Shown in pieces: positions 31,379 to 40,401 of a stretch of DNA of 64,000 nt. The notes beneath the pieces are model-generated. The model was not told where the DNA came from. It was given only the letters and a program-made list of their open reading frames with translations, and searched no databases. The translations under genes were made by a program, and so were the position numbers. The stretch is from an uncultured Verrucomicrobiae bacterium (GTDB lineage Bacteria; Verrucomicrobiota; Verrucomicrobiia; Chthoniobacterales; JAFAMB01), in NCBI GenBank assembly GCA_963813025.1, contig CAWEXO010000011.1, positions 736,001 through 800,000 of the forward strand. The letters run 5' to 3'. The stretch's first letter is position 1. Each line of letters begins with the position of its first letter.

Positions 31379-32137
31379 TCAACCGTGAAAGGCCCGTCCT
31401 TCCTGGTACATCCGCAGCCGGTCCTGCATGCCAGCCAGTTGCTCTTTCCGATCGTCCGCATCGAGCCGCTGCATGGCCCAGCTCTGATATTTCTGCGCAT
31501 CGGCGAAATCGCCGCTTTCGGCATAGGCCGCCGCCAGAGTGTCGATCGCAAAAGAGTTTGTCCATTGGCTGAGAGTGCAGGCCCGGAGAGCGAGTGAAAC
31601 CGCCTTCCTGCCATTGCGGACCCGCGAATCACTCGCGGTAGCCAACATCCAGGCCAGGTCATTCAGGGTTCCGGGATCATTCGGCTGCAGCTTGACCGCT
31701 GCTTCCAAAGATTGGCGCGCCTCCGGATAACGCCCAGACTCGATACAGCTCCGGCCTTTGCTTTCGTAAAGCTCCGCCAGGAGAGCGGGCGAGACGTTAT
31801 CCTTTCGCGCCAGGCGAATACTGGTGTCGATAAGTTGCAGCGCCTCATCCTCTCGTTTGGCCAAAGTCAGGACCGCCGCCTTCAAGAAGTACGCGCGCCA
31901 ATTCCGAGGGTTCGTGGCAATCACCTGGTCGATGATGTTCAGGGCGTCGTTGACGTTGCCGGCCTGGGCCAGTTTAAAAGCATCATCCAGCGCTGCTTGA
32001 CCGATCGTCATCCGCCGTTGCCAGATATCGCCCCAACCGCGCGTTTCCGTGGATTGGGCTCGCAAGTTGCTAACTAGAGAAATAGCAGTAAAAAGGAACA
32101 GGACAGTTCGAGCCACCCTGAATGATAGACTTTTCAT
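31379..32137 (-). CDS. Tetratricopeptide repeat protein with signal peptide
   Basis: TPR-like helices; LNDLAWMLAT and DTLAAAYAESGDF motifs. Confidence 0.85.
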   Translation of the reverse strand: MKSLSFRVARTVLFLFTAISLVSNLRAQSTETRGWGDIWQRRMTIGQAALDDAFKLAQAGNVNDALNIIDQVIATNPRNWRAYFLKAAVLTLAKREDEALQLIDTSIRLARKDNVSPALLAELYESKGRSCIESGRYPEARQSLEAAVKLQPNDPGTLNDLAWMLATASDSRVRNGRKAVSLALRACTLSQWTNSFAIDTLAAAYAESGDFADAQKYQSWAMQRLDADDRKEQLAGMQDRLRMYQEGRAFHG

Positions 32138-32145
32138 AACAACAT

Positions 32146-33087
32146 ATGCGGCGATCTCCTGACAAATTCGGCGTACTAACCCTGATCGGCGTCCTTCATC
32201 TATGCAGCTTCAGCATCCCGGGCGCAAAGGCAAACGAACAGAGCGCGGGTGTTATTTTAAGCCGGAGTACGGGAAATCATCTCTTCGTGCCGGTGCGGAT
32301 AAATAATCGGCCGGCCTGGTTTGCCGTAGACACCGGCGCGGCTCTTACGATCGTCGATCGGACCAAGGCGAAAACCCTCGGCCTCTCCAATCGCACCGGC
32401 TCAGTGATCCTCCCCAGGCAGATCGAGGTCAACGATCGAGTTGTGCCGGTAGCCCAGGTGCAAAGCCTTATGATGGGCGGGGCCAACCTCGGCGCAGGAC
32501 CGGTGGCCCTGATCGACTTGCGTGAATTTCACGGCCGATTGCGTGAATCAGGGAGCCTGGTTCCGATGGATGGCATTATCGGACTCGATATCCTGGAGAA
32601 GTACGCGGCAGTGATTGATTGTTCCAATCAACGGATTTATCTGCAGGCAAGCGGGGACGGTTCGCCCGCATTTTCGAGAACGGTCAGGGGTTTTCGATTG
32701 AACGCTGTCCCCATGCGGATAACGCACTCCGGCGCGCTTGAGGTCGAGGGCAGCATTGGAAACAATCACTACAGCTTCGTTGTAGATACTGGCGGATTTG
32801 AGACCCTCATTCCCCTGAGCGTTGCTATCGCCAATGGTGTGCCCGTGCTGCGAACGACCGTCAGCGCCAAAGGGATCCACTCAAAGGAACGCCCGGTCGG
32901 CATTGCGATCGCTCCAAGCATCGATATCGGGAAATACAAGCTCGGTCCGGCCCTGGTCGGAGTAACCGCGTTGCCGGAAGGTCCGGAGGATCTCCGCTAC
33001 CCGTTTGGCGGACTTCTCGGAGCGGACTTTTTTTTCAAGCATCGCGGCGTGATCGATGTCGGCGACAAGCTGCTCTATTTCAAGTAG
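32146..33087 (+). CDS. Two-domain retropepsin-like aspartyl protease
   Basis: Two DTG motifs (FAVDTGA, FVVDTGG), each followed by GIIGLD/GLLGAD; signal peptide. Confidence 0.85.
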   Translation: MRRSPDKFGVLTLIGVLHLCSFSIPGAKANEQSAGVILSRSTGNHLFVPVRINNRPAWFAVDTGAALTIVDRTKAKTLGLSNRTGSVILPRQIEVNDRVVPVAQVQSLMMGGANLGAGPVALIDLREFHGRLRESGSLVPMDGIIGLDILEKYAAVIDCSNQRIYLQASGDGSPAFSRTVRGFRLNAVPMRITHSGALEVEGSIGNNHYSFVVDTGGFETLIPLSVAIANGVPVLRTTVSAKGIHSKERPVGIAIAPSIDIGKYKLGPALVGVTALPEGPEDLRYPFGGLLGADFFFKHRGVIDVGDKLLYFK

Positions 33088-33184
33088 CTGACACAACTGG
33101 CCGCTCGGCCCGCGGGTTTACTCGATTTCCTCCCAGCCGCGGCTTGCAATTCGCCGACCCGAAATTACGCTCGAAACAGCGATT

Positions 33185-33883
33185 ATGCCGATCCCTACCG
33201 GAAAACACAGTATTCCTGGATTTGATCCGGCGCTGGAGACTCTGCACTCGGATATCATGTTGATGTGCAGCCTGGTCCGGCGCACCGCGAGCAATGTGCG
33301 ACGAGGCTTTCTGGAGAATGATGATGACCTCTGCGCCGCCGCGATTGCGGACGACGAGGAGATTGATCTTCTGGAGAAACAGGTAGACCTCGCCGGCACC
33401 GAGATCCTCATGAAATATCAGCCGATAGCCTTCGATCTTCGTTGGGTTCTGGCGGCGATCAAGTTGAGTGCTCACCTTGAGGGAGTGTCAGATCATTTTG
33501 TCGTCATTGCGCGCCGGCTTCGCCAGGCGGAAGGGGGCGCATTGGCTGAGGATCAAGAGCTGATGGCGCCTCTTTTTGATGCGGTGGAGAACTCCTTAGC
33601 CCAGGCACTAGAGTCCTTTGATACGGTGGACGGTACCCTCGCCGAAAAGGTGCGCGTCCAGATGCCGCCCCTGGCCGAGAGTCTCCGCGATCTCGAGGAG
33701 CAGTTTACCGAGGAGATTAGCGCAGACCGTCAGTCCTCTCGGCTGCGCATTGCCATGATGACGCTGACGCGGAGCCTTGAGCAAATTGCCCACCTCATCC
33801 AGAGCATCGCCGAGGAGATTATTTACGTAGCTGAGGCCCAGAATGTTCGGCATTCCGGCAACCGCCTGATCGAGGACGGCTGA
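33185..33883 (+). CDS. phoU: Phosphate signalling complex protein PhoU family
   Basis: DEEIDLLE...QPIAFDLR...LEGVSDH and SLEQIAH...IAEEIIY repeats. Confidence 0.8.
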   Translation: MPIPTGKHSIPGFDPALETLHSDIMLMCSLVRRTASNVRRGFLENDDDLCAAAIADDEEIDLLEKQVDLAGTEILMKYQPIAFDLRWVLAAIKLSAHLEGVSDHFVVIARRLRQAEGGALAEDQELMAPLFDAVENSLAQALESFDTVDGTLAEKVRVQMPPLAESLRDLEEQFTEEISADRQSSRLRIAMMTLTRSLEQIAHLIQSIAEEIIYVAEAQNVRHSGNRLIEDG

Positions 33884-33955
33884 TCAGCCTGTGCCGCTCG
33901 CAAATTCGTAGCGGGTTTGCAAGTGACACCGGCTATCGTCCTCCATCCCCTCAAC

Positions 33956-36013
33956 ATGTCTGAATCCTGCCCAGAAACGCCGCTCTGGCAGCCGAGCGCA
34001 TTTCAGATCGAAAACGGTAATCTGACCCGTTACGTGCGCTGGCTCGCGTCACACGGGTATTACCGGCCGATGAGCGGACCGGCCGAGCTCTATCGGTGGT
34101 CAATCAAAAACCCTGCGGAGTTCTGGTCGTCGATCGCCGTATACTTCGATGTCCACTTTTTCACCTCGGCGGACATGGTATTGACGAGCGGCAGCGCCTT
34201 GGAGGCGCGCTGGTTTCCGGGCGCAACCTTGAACTACGCGGAACATCTTCTCCGTGGCGGCAAAGACTGTCCAGAAAAGCTCGCGGTGATTGCTCTTGCT
34301 GAGCCCGGGGACAGCCGGGGTCGTCGAACCTACACCTTCGCCCAACTCGAGCGAGAGGTGGCCCGCGTTGCCGCCTGGCTCCGGTCCATCGGTGTCGGCA
34401 AGGGAGATCGGGTAGCCGGATTGATGCCGAATTCGCCCGAGACCGTTATCGCCTGTCTTGCCAGCGCGAGCCTGGGAGCGATCTGGTCGAGCTGTCCGCC
34501 GGAGCTGTCTCCCAAAGGCATTATCGATCGCTGGTCGCAGATCGAGCCAGTCGTCCTATTTTTCGTTTCCGGTTACCGGTATGGCGGGAAATTCTATGAC
34601 CGGCGCGAAGCGGTTATGCAGGTGATCGAAGGTCTTCCAAGCGTCCGCGCCGCCGTTCAAGTGGAGGAAGAAAGTCTCTTTTTACTCGCAACGACTGGCT
34701 CGGTGCGCTTTTTCCAATGGACTCAACTCGGAACTCGCAACTCGGGACCCGCCACTCGGGACTCGCAACCCGGGACCCGGGACCCGGGACCCGACACTCT
34801 CCAGTTTGAGCCGGTCGGCTTCGGGCATCCGCTCTGGATTTTGTATTCTTCCGGAACAACCGGGATCCCCAAACCGATCGTCCACGGTCATGGAGGGATG
34901 CTTCTCGAGCATCTCAAAACGCTCTCTCTCCATCTTGACCTGAAAGCGGACGATCGCTTCTTCTGGTATACCACCGCCGGATGGATGATGTGGAATTTCC
35001 TGATATCTGGTCTGGGTCTGGCGGCGACAATTGTGCTTTATGATGGCAGCCCGAAATACCCGGATCTGGGCGTGCTCTGGAGATTGATCGAGCAAGAAAA
35101 GCTGACCTACTTCGGTACCAGCGCGCCCTTTCTCGCGGTCTGTGAGAAGGCGGGGCTCGAGCCGGGCTTCGTTGCCAACCTGACCTCCCTGCGTTCGATC
35201 GGGTCAACCGGAGCGCCCCTCTCGCCGGAGGGTTTTCGCTGGGTTTACCGATCCGTGAAATCCGATCTTTGGCTCGGGTCGGCTAGCGGCGGCACGGACG
35301 TCTGTACCGCCTTTGTTCTCTCGCATCCCTGGTTACCCGTATATGCGGGAAAACTTCAGTGCCGGGGTTTGGGCGCTCCGATCGAAGCGTGGGATGCTGA
35401 AGGTAAACCGGTCTGGGACGAGGTCGGCGAACTGGTCTTAACCGGATCGATGCCCTGCATGCCCGTCGGGTTCTGGAATGATCCGGATAGAGAACGGTTC
35501 CGGGCCGCTTACTTTGAGCATTACCCGGGAATCTGGCGCCATGGCGACTGGATCGAGATCTGTGCCGGGGATGGCCAATGCATCATTTACGGACGTTCGG
35601 ATTCGACCCTGAATCGAGGCGGGATCCGTATGGGAACCAGCGAATTTTACCGAGTCATTGAAGCGATCCCGGAAGTTCTCGAAGCCCTGGTCATCGACAC
35701 CACGAGCCTGGGGGCCGTTGGGCAACACGGGCGGCTCCTGCTTTTTGTCGTGCTGCGCGAGGGCGAATCGCTCAGGCAAGCCCTCAGGGAACAGATTTGT
35801 TCCACGGTCAAGGCCGCTTTATCGCCGCGCTACGTTCCGGACGAGGTATATGCCGTCCCGGAAATTCCGCACACCCTGAACGGCAAAAAACTCGAGGTGC
35901 CGGTCAAACGAATCTTCCAGGGAATTGAGCCGGCGAAAGCCGTGGCACGCGAAGCGATGAGCAACCCCGATGCGTTGAAACCGTTCCTGGAACTGGCAAA
36001 GAGCAGCCGGTGA
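33956..36013 (+). CDS. Acetoacetate--CoA ligase
   Basis: WFPGATLNYAE, ILYSSGTTGIPKPIVH, SGGTDVC and GRSDSTLNRGGIRMGT motifs. Confidence 0.92.
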   Translation: MSESCPETPLWQPSAFQIENGNLTRYVRWLASHGYYRPMSGPAELYRWSIKNPAEFWSSIAVYFDVHFFTSADMVLTSGSALEARWFPGATLNYAEHLLRGGKDCPEKLAVIALAEPGDSRGRRTYTFAQLEREVARVAAWLRSIGVGKGDRVAGLMPNSPETVIACLASASLGAIWSSCPPELSPKGIIDRWSQIEPVVLFFVSGYRYGGKFYDRREAVMQVIEGLPSVRAAVQVEEESLFLLATTGSVRFFQWTQLGTRNSGPATRDSQPGTRDPGPDTLQFEPVGFGHPLWILYSSGTTGIPKPIVHGHGGMLLEHLKTLSLHLDLKADDRFFWYTTAGWMMWNFLISGLGLAATIVLYDGSPKYPDLGVLWRLIEQEKLTYFGTSAPFLAVCEKAGLEPGFVANLTSLRSIGSTGAPLSPEGFRWVYRSVKSDLWLGSASGGTDVCTAFVLSHPWLPVYAGKLQCRGLGAPIEAWDAEGKPVWDEVGELVLTGSMPCMPVGFWNDPDRERFRAAYFEHYPGIWRHGDWIEICAGDGQCIIYGRSDSTLNRGGIRMGTSEFYRVIEAIPEVLEALVIDTTSLGAVGQHGRLLLFVVLREGESLRQALREQICSTVKAALSPRYVPDEVYAVPEIPHTLNGKKLEVPVKRIFQGIEPAKAVAREAMSNPDALKPFLELAKSSR
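34726..34795. repeat. Ten-unit heptamer tandem repeat (ACYCGNN) inside the ligase CDS
   Basis: actcgga actcgca actcggg acccgcc actcggg actcgca acccggg acccggg acccggg acccgac. Confidence 0.85.
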
Positions 36014-36530
36014 ATTGGCGAGAGCCGTAAAGAATCTAGCGCGGCATAGCCACAACAAGATCGTCTTCGTCCTCGCTTCAGCGGACAAGGGGCAAGAATC
36101 CTGCGGCGGGGGAGTTCTTATTCATGCTGAGTAATCGGCCTGGAAACGTGAACACCGAAGAAATTGAACAGAAGATCGCGAAGATCACGGCGCGGCAGAG
36201 CCGCAACCAAAGCATCCGCGCAGTCCACTGACAGGCTGGAAGCCTGTGCCACTTTTCCAGCGTGACACCGGCATCTTGCCGGTCAATCTTCAAACTGTTC
36301 AGCTCCTCGTAAATCCTCGCAGGAGAACAACATTTTCACGGACAGTAGTGCAAAGAAGACTGTCCGCGAAAATCGTGGAGTGAGCGAAACAATCCTTTTA
36401 TTTGTTCTTTACTCCTACAGAATGTGGCGTTTTTAGAATGAGTACTCAATTTCTATGAGCTGTTCCCAGAGGCCGCATTCATCGATGATTCTCAAAGATT
36501 TCTCTTCTTTGTGATCTCGCGATCGTCTGT

Positions 36531-36861
36531 TCAAAATCTTCGAGGCGTATCATCGGGCAGTTTGAGCAGATAATCGAACCGCGCAGTCGGCGAAAGGTAA
36601 AGGACGTTTTCCGCATGATACGCGGTCGGTTCGTCAATCCGGGAACGGCGCCGGCTGCCGGGTGCGGCGTGCTCCAGCGCTTGACGCCGAAGCGCAAAAC
36701 GGGCTTCAGCAAACCTTAAAAAAGATCAGGCAGAGCACGGGCTGCGAATATTGTTGAGCGGTAAGTCCCGAGTTTGCCCGGAGTTGGTCCGCGGCATCCC
36801 AGAGTCGCTTTTCCAGCGTGTTCGTTCCTTGATTTTTTTTGGGGGGAGCAATCCAGATCAT
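36531..36861 (-). pseudogene. hsdM: Type I R-M methyltransferase N-terminal remnant
   Basis: Manual translation: [47 protein letters not shown], shift in a T run, then LRFAEARF...AYHAENVLYLSPTARFDYLLKLP and a stop. No catalytic domain follows. Confidence 0.8.
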
Positions 36862-36899
36862 TTTTGAATCTTGAGCGGTGATCGTTCCGCGCTCGGTGG

Positions 36900-37307
36900 T
36901 TAATGCGATCGCTGTGACAAAAGTTTTAACTTCGGAAAGTAGCGACGCAAATAACCGCGATCTACCGCGGCCAATCGATCCGATTGAAAGAGAGCGTGCG
37001 CGCCAATCAGAAAATCGGGAATCATAAACCTCCGCGGGCCGCCTTCCTGGCGATAGTTCCTGAAAATGCTTCCGGCCTCAAACGCCGCTGCAGGGTTAAT
37101 CGGATCAAATCGAATGCCGAGTTCTTCCAGAGTCTGGAGAGCATCCTTCATTGAAGGAAAAGCAGGGGCAATCTCGGAAAATACCACATCGCACGCTGCT
37201 AGTTCGCCTTCCCGCAAGGCGGCAAGCAACACACCGGACCAGTCACCGGCGTCTGGTTCATCATTGAAGATCGCCCAGAGCACCGAAGAATCGACTGCCG
37301 TGATCAT
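36900..37307 (-). CDS. vapC: VapC/PIN-domain toxin
   Basis: AVDSSVL...VVFSE...[10 protein letters not shown]...D acidic residues. Confidence 0.9.
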   Translation of the reverse strand: MITAVDSSVLWAIFNDEPDAGDWSGVLLAALREGELAACDVVFSEIAPAFPSMKDALQTLEELGIRFDPINPAAAFEAGSIFRNYRQEGGPRRFMIPDFLIGAHALFQSDRLAAVDRGYLRRYFPKLKLLSQRSH

Positions 37308-37561
37308 CGATTGGTTCCGGCCGATGGCAGTTCTACAGGCCCGCGCGTCTGTTCAAGCCAGGCCTTCGTACTGGCGGCCGGAATCCGTTTCTTGCCAATT
37401 CCTCGCACTCTTTTCCAAGCCGCCTCGTTGGCGACTTTGACCGCCTTTAAGAACGGCGCGTTTTCGTCGAAGTCGAGTTGTTGTCCCGTCTTGAGTCCGA
37501 GCCGTTGCCGAATTTTGAGCGGGATAGTGATTTGCCCTTTGCTGGTGAGAGTCGCCTTCAT
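37304..37561 (-). CDS. AbrB/MazE/SpoVT family antitoxin
   Basis: MKATLTSKGQITIPLKIRQRLGLKTG; its stop overlaps the toxin start. Confidence 0.9.
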   Translation of the reverse strand: MKATLTSKGQITIPLKIRQRLGLKTGQQLDFDENAPFLKAVKVANEAAWKRVRGIGKKRIPAASTKAWLEQTRGPVELPSAGTNR

Positions 37562-37587
37562 TACTGTAAAGTAAGAATTTACAGTAA
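37561..37587 (-). promoter_or_regulatory. Palindromic operator of the AbrB-VapC module
   Basis: TTACTGTAAA-N7-TTTACAGTAA perfect inverted repeat abutting the ATG; minus-strand TTGCCA-N16-TAAATT overlaps it. Confidence 0.65.
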
Positions 37588-37662
37588 GATCAGCCTTTGG
37601 CAATCCAGGATGGCGAGGGCGCTACGTACGGGCCGTCCGCCTTACACAGGGAAGGCCCCGAG

Positions 37663-37900
37663 TCGGTAGGGCGAAAATTTATCCGAGCCTCAGCGAGGAC
37701 TCGTTTGAGCCGGACATTGGAAGTGGCCGCGCGCAGCGGCCGGCTCAAACAAGTTCTCGCCTGGCGCTCGAATAAATTTTCGCCCTACCGGCTCGGGGCA
37801 AAGACTGGCACTGGCACTCCCCCGGATGACCGATGACCGATGACCGATTACCGATGACTCCTGACTCCCGACGCCGGCACCGACACTGGCACTGGCACTT
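37663..37900. repeat. REP family B plus hexamer and heptamer arrays
   Basis: CGGTAGGGCGAAAATTTAT...ATAAATTTTCGCCCTACCG; CTGGCA repeats; (CGATGAC)n. Confidence 0.75.
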
Positions 37901-37942
37901 TCTTCCCTTGGTCTACCGGCTCCCCTTTGATACCACTATCCC

Positions 37943-39340
37943 ATGGCGCGTTCCCAAGTTCCCCCAAAACCCGCCGAGCGCGATCGGGCGCCAGCCGGAT
38001 GGCTCTCCCGGGTTACGGGTTTCTTCCTTTATCTATTTCAGCGGATTACCCCAGACCCGTATATTTTCGCGGTCTCCCTGACGATTCTCACGGCGATGCT
38101 TGCCTTTTTGTTTGCTCCAAAACGAACGCCGGAAGTCCTCCTCAGCTCTTGGTACGCAGGCATGTTCAAGATTCTGGAATTCGCTTTTCAGATGGTGCTG
38201 ATCCTGGTAACGGGCTATGCGCTGTCTAACTCGATCCCGGTGAGGCGGCTGCTCGGATGGCTGGCATCGCGGGTCAGCACGCCGCGCGGCGCGATCGTCC
38301 TGACGATTGTGGTCGTGATGGTTACCTCGTTTTTTAACTGGGGATGCGGCTTGGTCGTAGCGGGCCTCCTGGCCCGCGAAATCGCGAAGCGGCTCAGGAT
38401 CGATTTCGGATGGCTGGTCGGGGCCGCCTATTCCGGGTGGATCATCTGGGCAAGCGGTTTCTCCAGCTCGATCGCTTTGGCTCAGGCTACTCCCGGTTCA
38501 GCGCTCAACATCGTGCAGAAGATGACCGGCGAAGTTCTTCCGTTGAGCCGTACGGTTTTTGCACCGTTCAATCTGGTTCCGGTGCTTGTGCTCCTGGTTC
38601 TGCTGCCCCTCCTTTACTGCGCGATGCAGCCGGCCGAGAGTGACGCGATTGCCGCGGACGCTGATCGGCTGCGTGAGGAAGATATCCTGCCCGAAACGAA
38701 AACTTCAACTGAACCGACAATCGCCGAAAGATTGGAGCGGGCCTGGATCCTGAATCTAGTCGTTGTGGCGGCCGGGATCAGCGCGCTCAACTTTGCCTGG
38801 GCTAGAACCGGTCCCAGCCTCGACATTAACTCAGTCATCTTCATTTTTCTCCTGGCTGGACTCCTTCTGCATTGGACGCCCATCGGTTACGTCCGGGCCG
38901 TGAACAGCGCCGCGCGGATCACCGGACCCTTAATCCTCCAGTACCCGCTTTATGGCGGGATCATGGGAATTATGTCCGGTACCGGGTTAGCCGATGTGAT
39001 TTCAAAAGCGTTCGTCAATTTTGCCAACGCGCACACGCTACCGTTCTGGAATTACATTGCTTCAGTGATCATCAGCTTTTTTATCCCGAGTGGAGGAGGA
39101 CACTGGGCGGTTCAGGGTCCATTCGCGGTACCGGCAGCAGCTCAGGCACATGCATCCCAGGCGGCCACCGCGATGGCGGTGGCGATGGGTGAGCAGGTCA
39201 CGAACATGATTCAACCCTTCTGGGCGTTGCCGGTCCTGGCGATCGCCGGCATCAGTCTGCGCCGCGTCATGGGGTACACGGTAATGAGCTTCTTTGTAGG
39301 GTTCGTGGTATTCGCGCTAGCGCTCCTGCTGCTGACCTGA
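37943..39340 (+). CDS. atoE: Short-chain fatty acid transporter, AtoE family
   Basis: PDPYIFA, FAFQMVLILVTG, QYPLYGGIMG, FIPSGGGHWAVQGP and NMIQPFWALP motifs. Confidence 0.9.
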   Translation: MARSQVPPKPAERDRAPAGWLSRVTGFFLYLFQRITPDPYIFAVSLTILTAMLAFLFAPKRTPEVLLSSWYAGMFKILEFAFQMVLILVTGYALSNSIPVRRLLGWLASRVSTPRGAIVLTIVVVMVTSFFNWGCGLVVAGLLAREIAKRLRIDFGWLVGAAYSGWIIWASGFSSSIALAQATPGSALNIVQKMTGEVLPLSRTVFAPFNLVPVLVLLVLLPLLYCAMQPAESDAIAADADRLREEDILPETKTSTEPTIAERLERAWILNLVVVAAGISALNFAWARTGPSLDINSVIFIFLLAGLLLHWTPIGYVRAVNSAARITGPLILQYPLYGGIMGIMSGTGLADVISKAFVNFANAHTLPFWNYIASVIISFFIPSGGGHWAVQGPFAVPAAAQAHASQAATAMAVAMGEQVTNMIQPFWALPVLAIAGISLRRVMGYTVMSFFVGFVVFALALLLLT

Positions 39341-39738
39341 TGCTCGGTTGCCTGGTGCAACGTTGTGAGGCGGCGCCGGTGAGCGTGGCTGAATACCTGG
39401 GCGTCGGGAATTCTACCGTTGCCGCTCCGAGTTTGCCGCTCCGGAGGAGCTGAAAGAAAATAGGCCGGCGCTTCAGCGCCGGTACGCCGATTAACCAGGA
39501 GCCGCGTCCCGTAGGGCCGCCCTGAATAACGCCGCAGCGGACGAGGCGCTGCGGGAATGTGTGGCGATGATCTGACTGTGGATGGCGCAGGTGACCTTCA
39601 AACCGACCCTCCGGGACGGTGTCACTCAGATGGAAGCTATACCGGCATTTCATGTCAGCCCATTTTCGCTAGCCCCTCCGGGGCACAGAAGCGGATACAA
39701 AAGCCACGTTGCGAAACAGCCTCCTCATCTGGCGCACC

Positions 39739-40401
39739 TCAAGGCCGCACCAAAAGCACATCCACTGTCCGCGGCCCGTGCACTCCTTTGACCTTGGTCA
39801 TCTCGATGTCAACCGTACCGGAGGGACCGGAAAACAGGGTGATCGGTTTTCCCTTGATCGCGATCAGCTCGCGAATGCCTTCCGGAACAGTCTCCCGGAT
39901 CTGGTCCTGCCGAACGACACACAGGTGATAGTCAGGCAAAAGGGTAAATCGGCGCGGCCCTTCCCCGGTTGCGCCGGTCAAGATGATTGTGCCGGTTATC
40001 GCCAGCGCAAGTGTGCATTTCGTCAAAACGCCATCGCAGTGATCGATCTCTTCATTGGTCAGGTCGCGCTCCCGAACCGGGTCCATAGTTCCGGATATCC
40101 ATTCCTCAGGGATGCCGCGCGGAATCAAGATTCGGCGTTTGCCGCGCTCCGCGAGCAAATCAGCAATGGCTTGGCGCACACCGGGTGTCGAGGTCTCCCG
40201 CACAAAAGCGCCGCATTCGGTTACCCGTACTTTGAACAGCTCGATCATGGCCGCTGGATCGAGCTGGCCAGAGTGCGAATAGCCGCGTTTCAACTCTTGC
40301 CTGCTCTTGCTTTGCAGCTCCAGGCGGGCATCGCGCGACAAGCCGTTTCCGACAATCTGCTCAATGCTTCTCAGAATGTCCGCTCGCGAATTCTCATTCA
40401 T
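39739..40401 (-). CDS. lutC: Lactate utilization protein C (LUD domain)
   Basis: LLPDYH and SGPSGTVDIEMTKVKGVHGPR motifs. Confidence 0.88.
   Translation of the reverse strand: MNENSRADILRSIEQIVGNGLSRDARLELQSKSRQELKRGYSHSGQLDPAAMIELFKVRVTECGAFVRETSTPGVRQAIADLLAERGKRRILIPRGIPEEWISGTMDPVRERDLTNEEIDHCDGVLTKCTLALAITGTIILTGATGEGPRRFTLLPDYHLCVVRQDQIRETVPEGIRELIAIKGKPITLFSGPSGTVDIEMTKVKGVHGPRTVDVLLVRP

Noticed and set aside
36479..36712. 77-aa minus-strand ORF
   Set aside because: It is an out-of-frame reading of the hsdM remnant.
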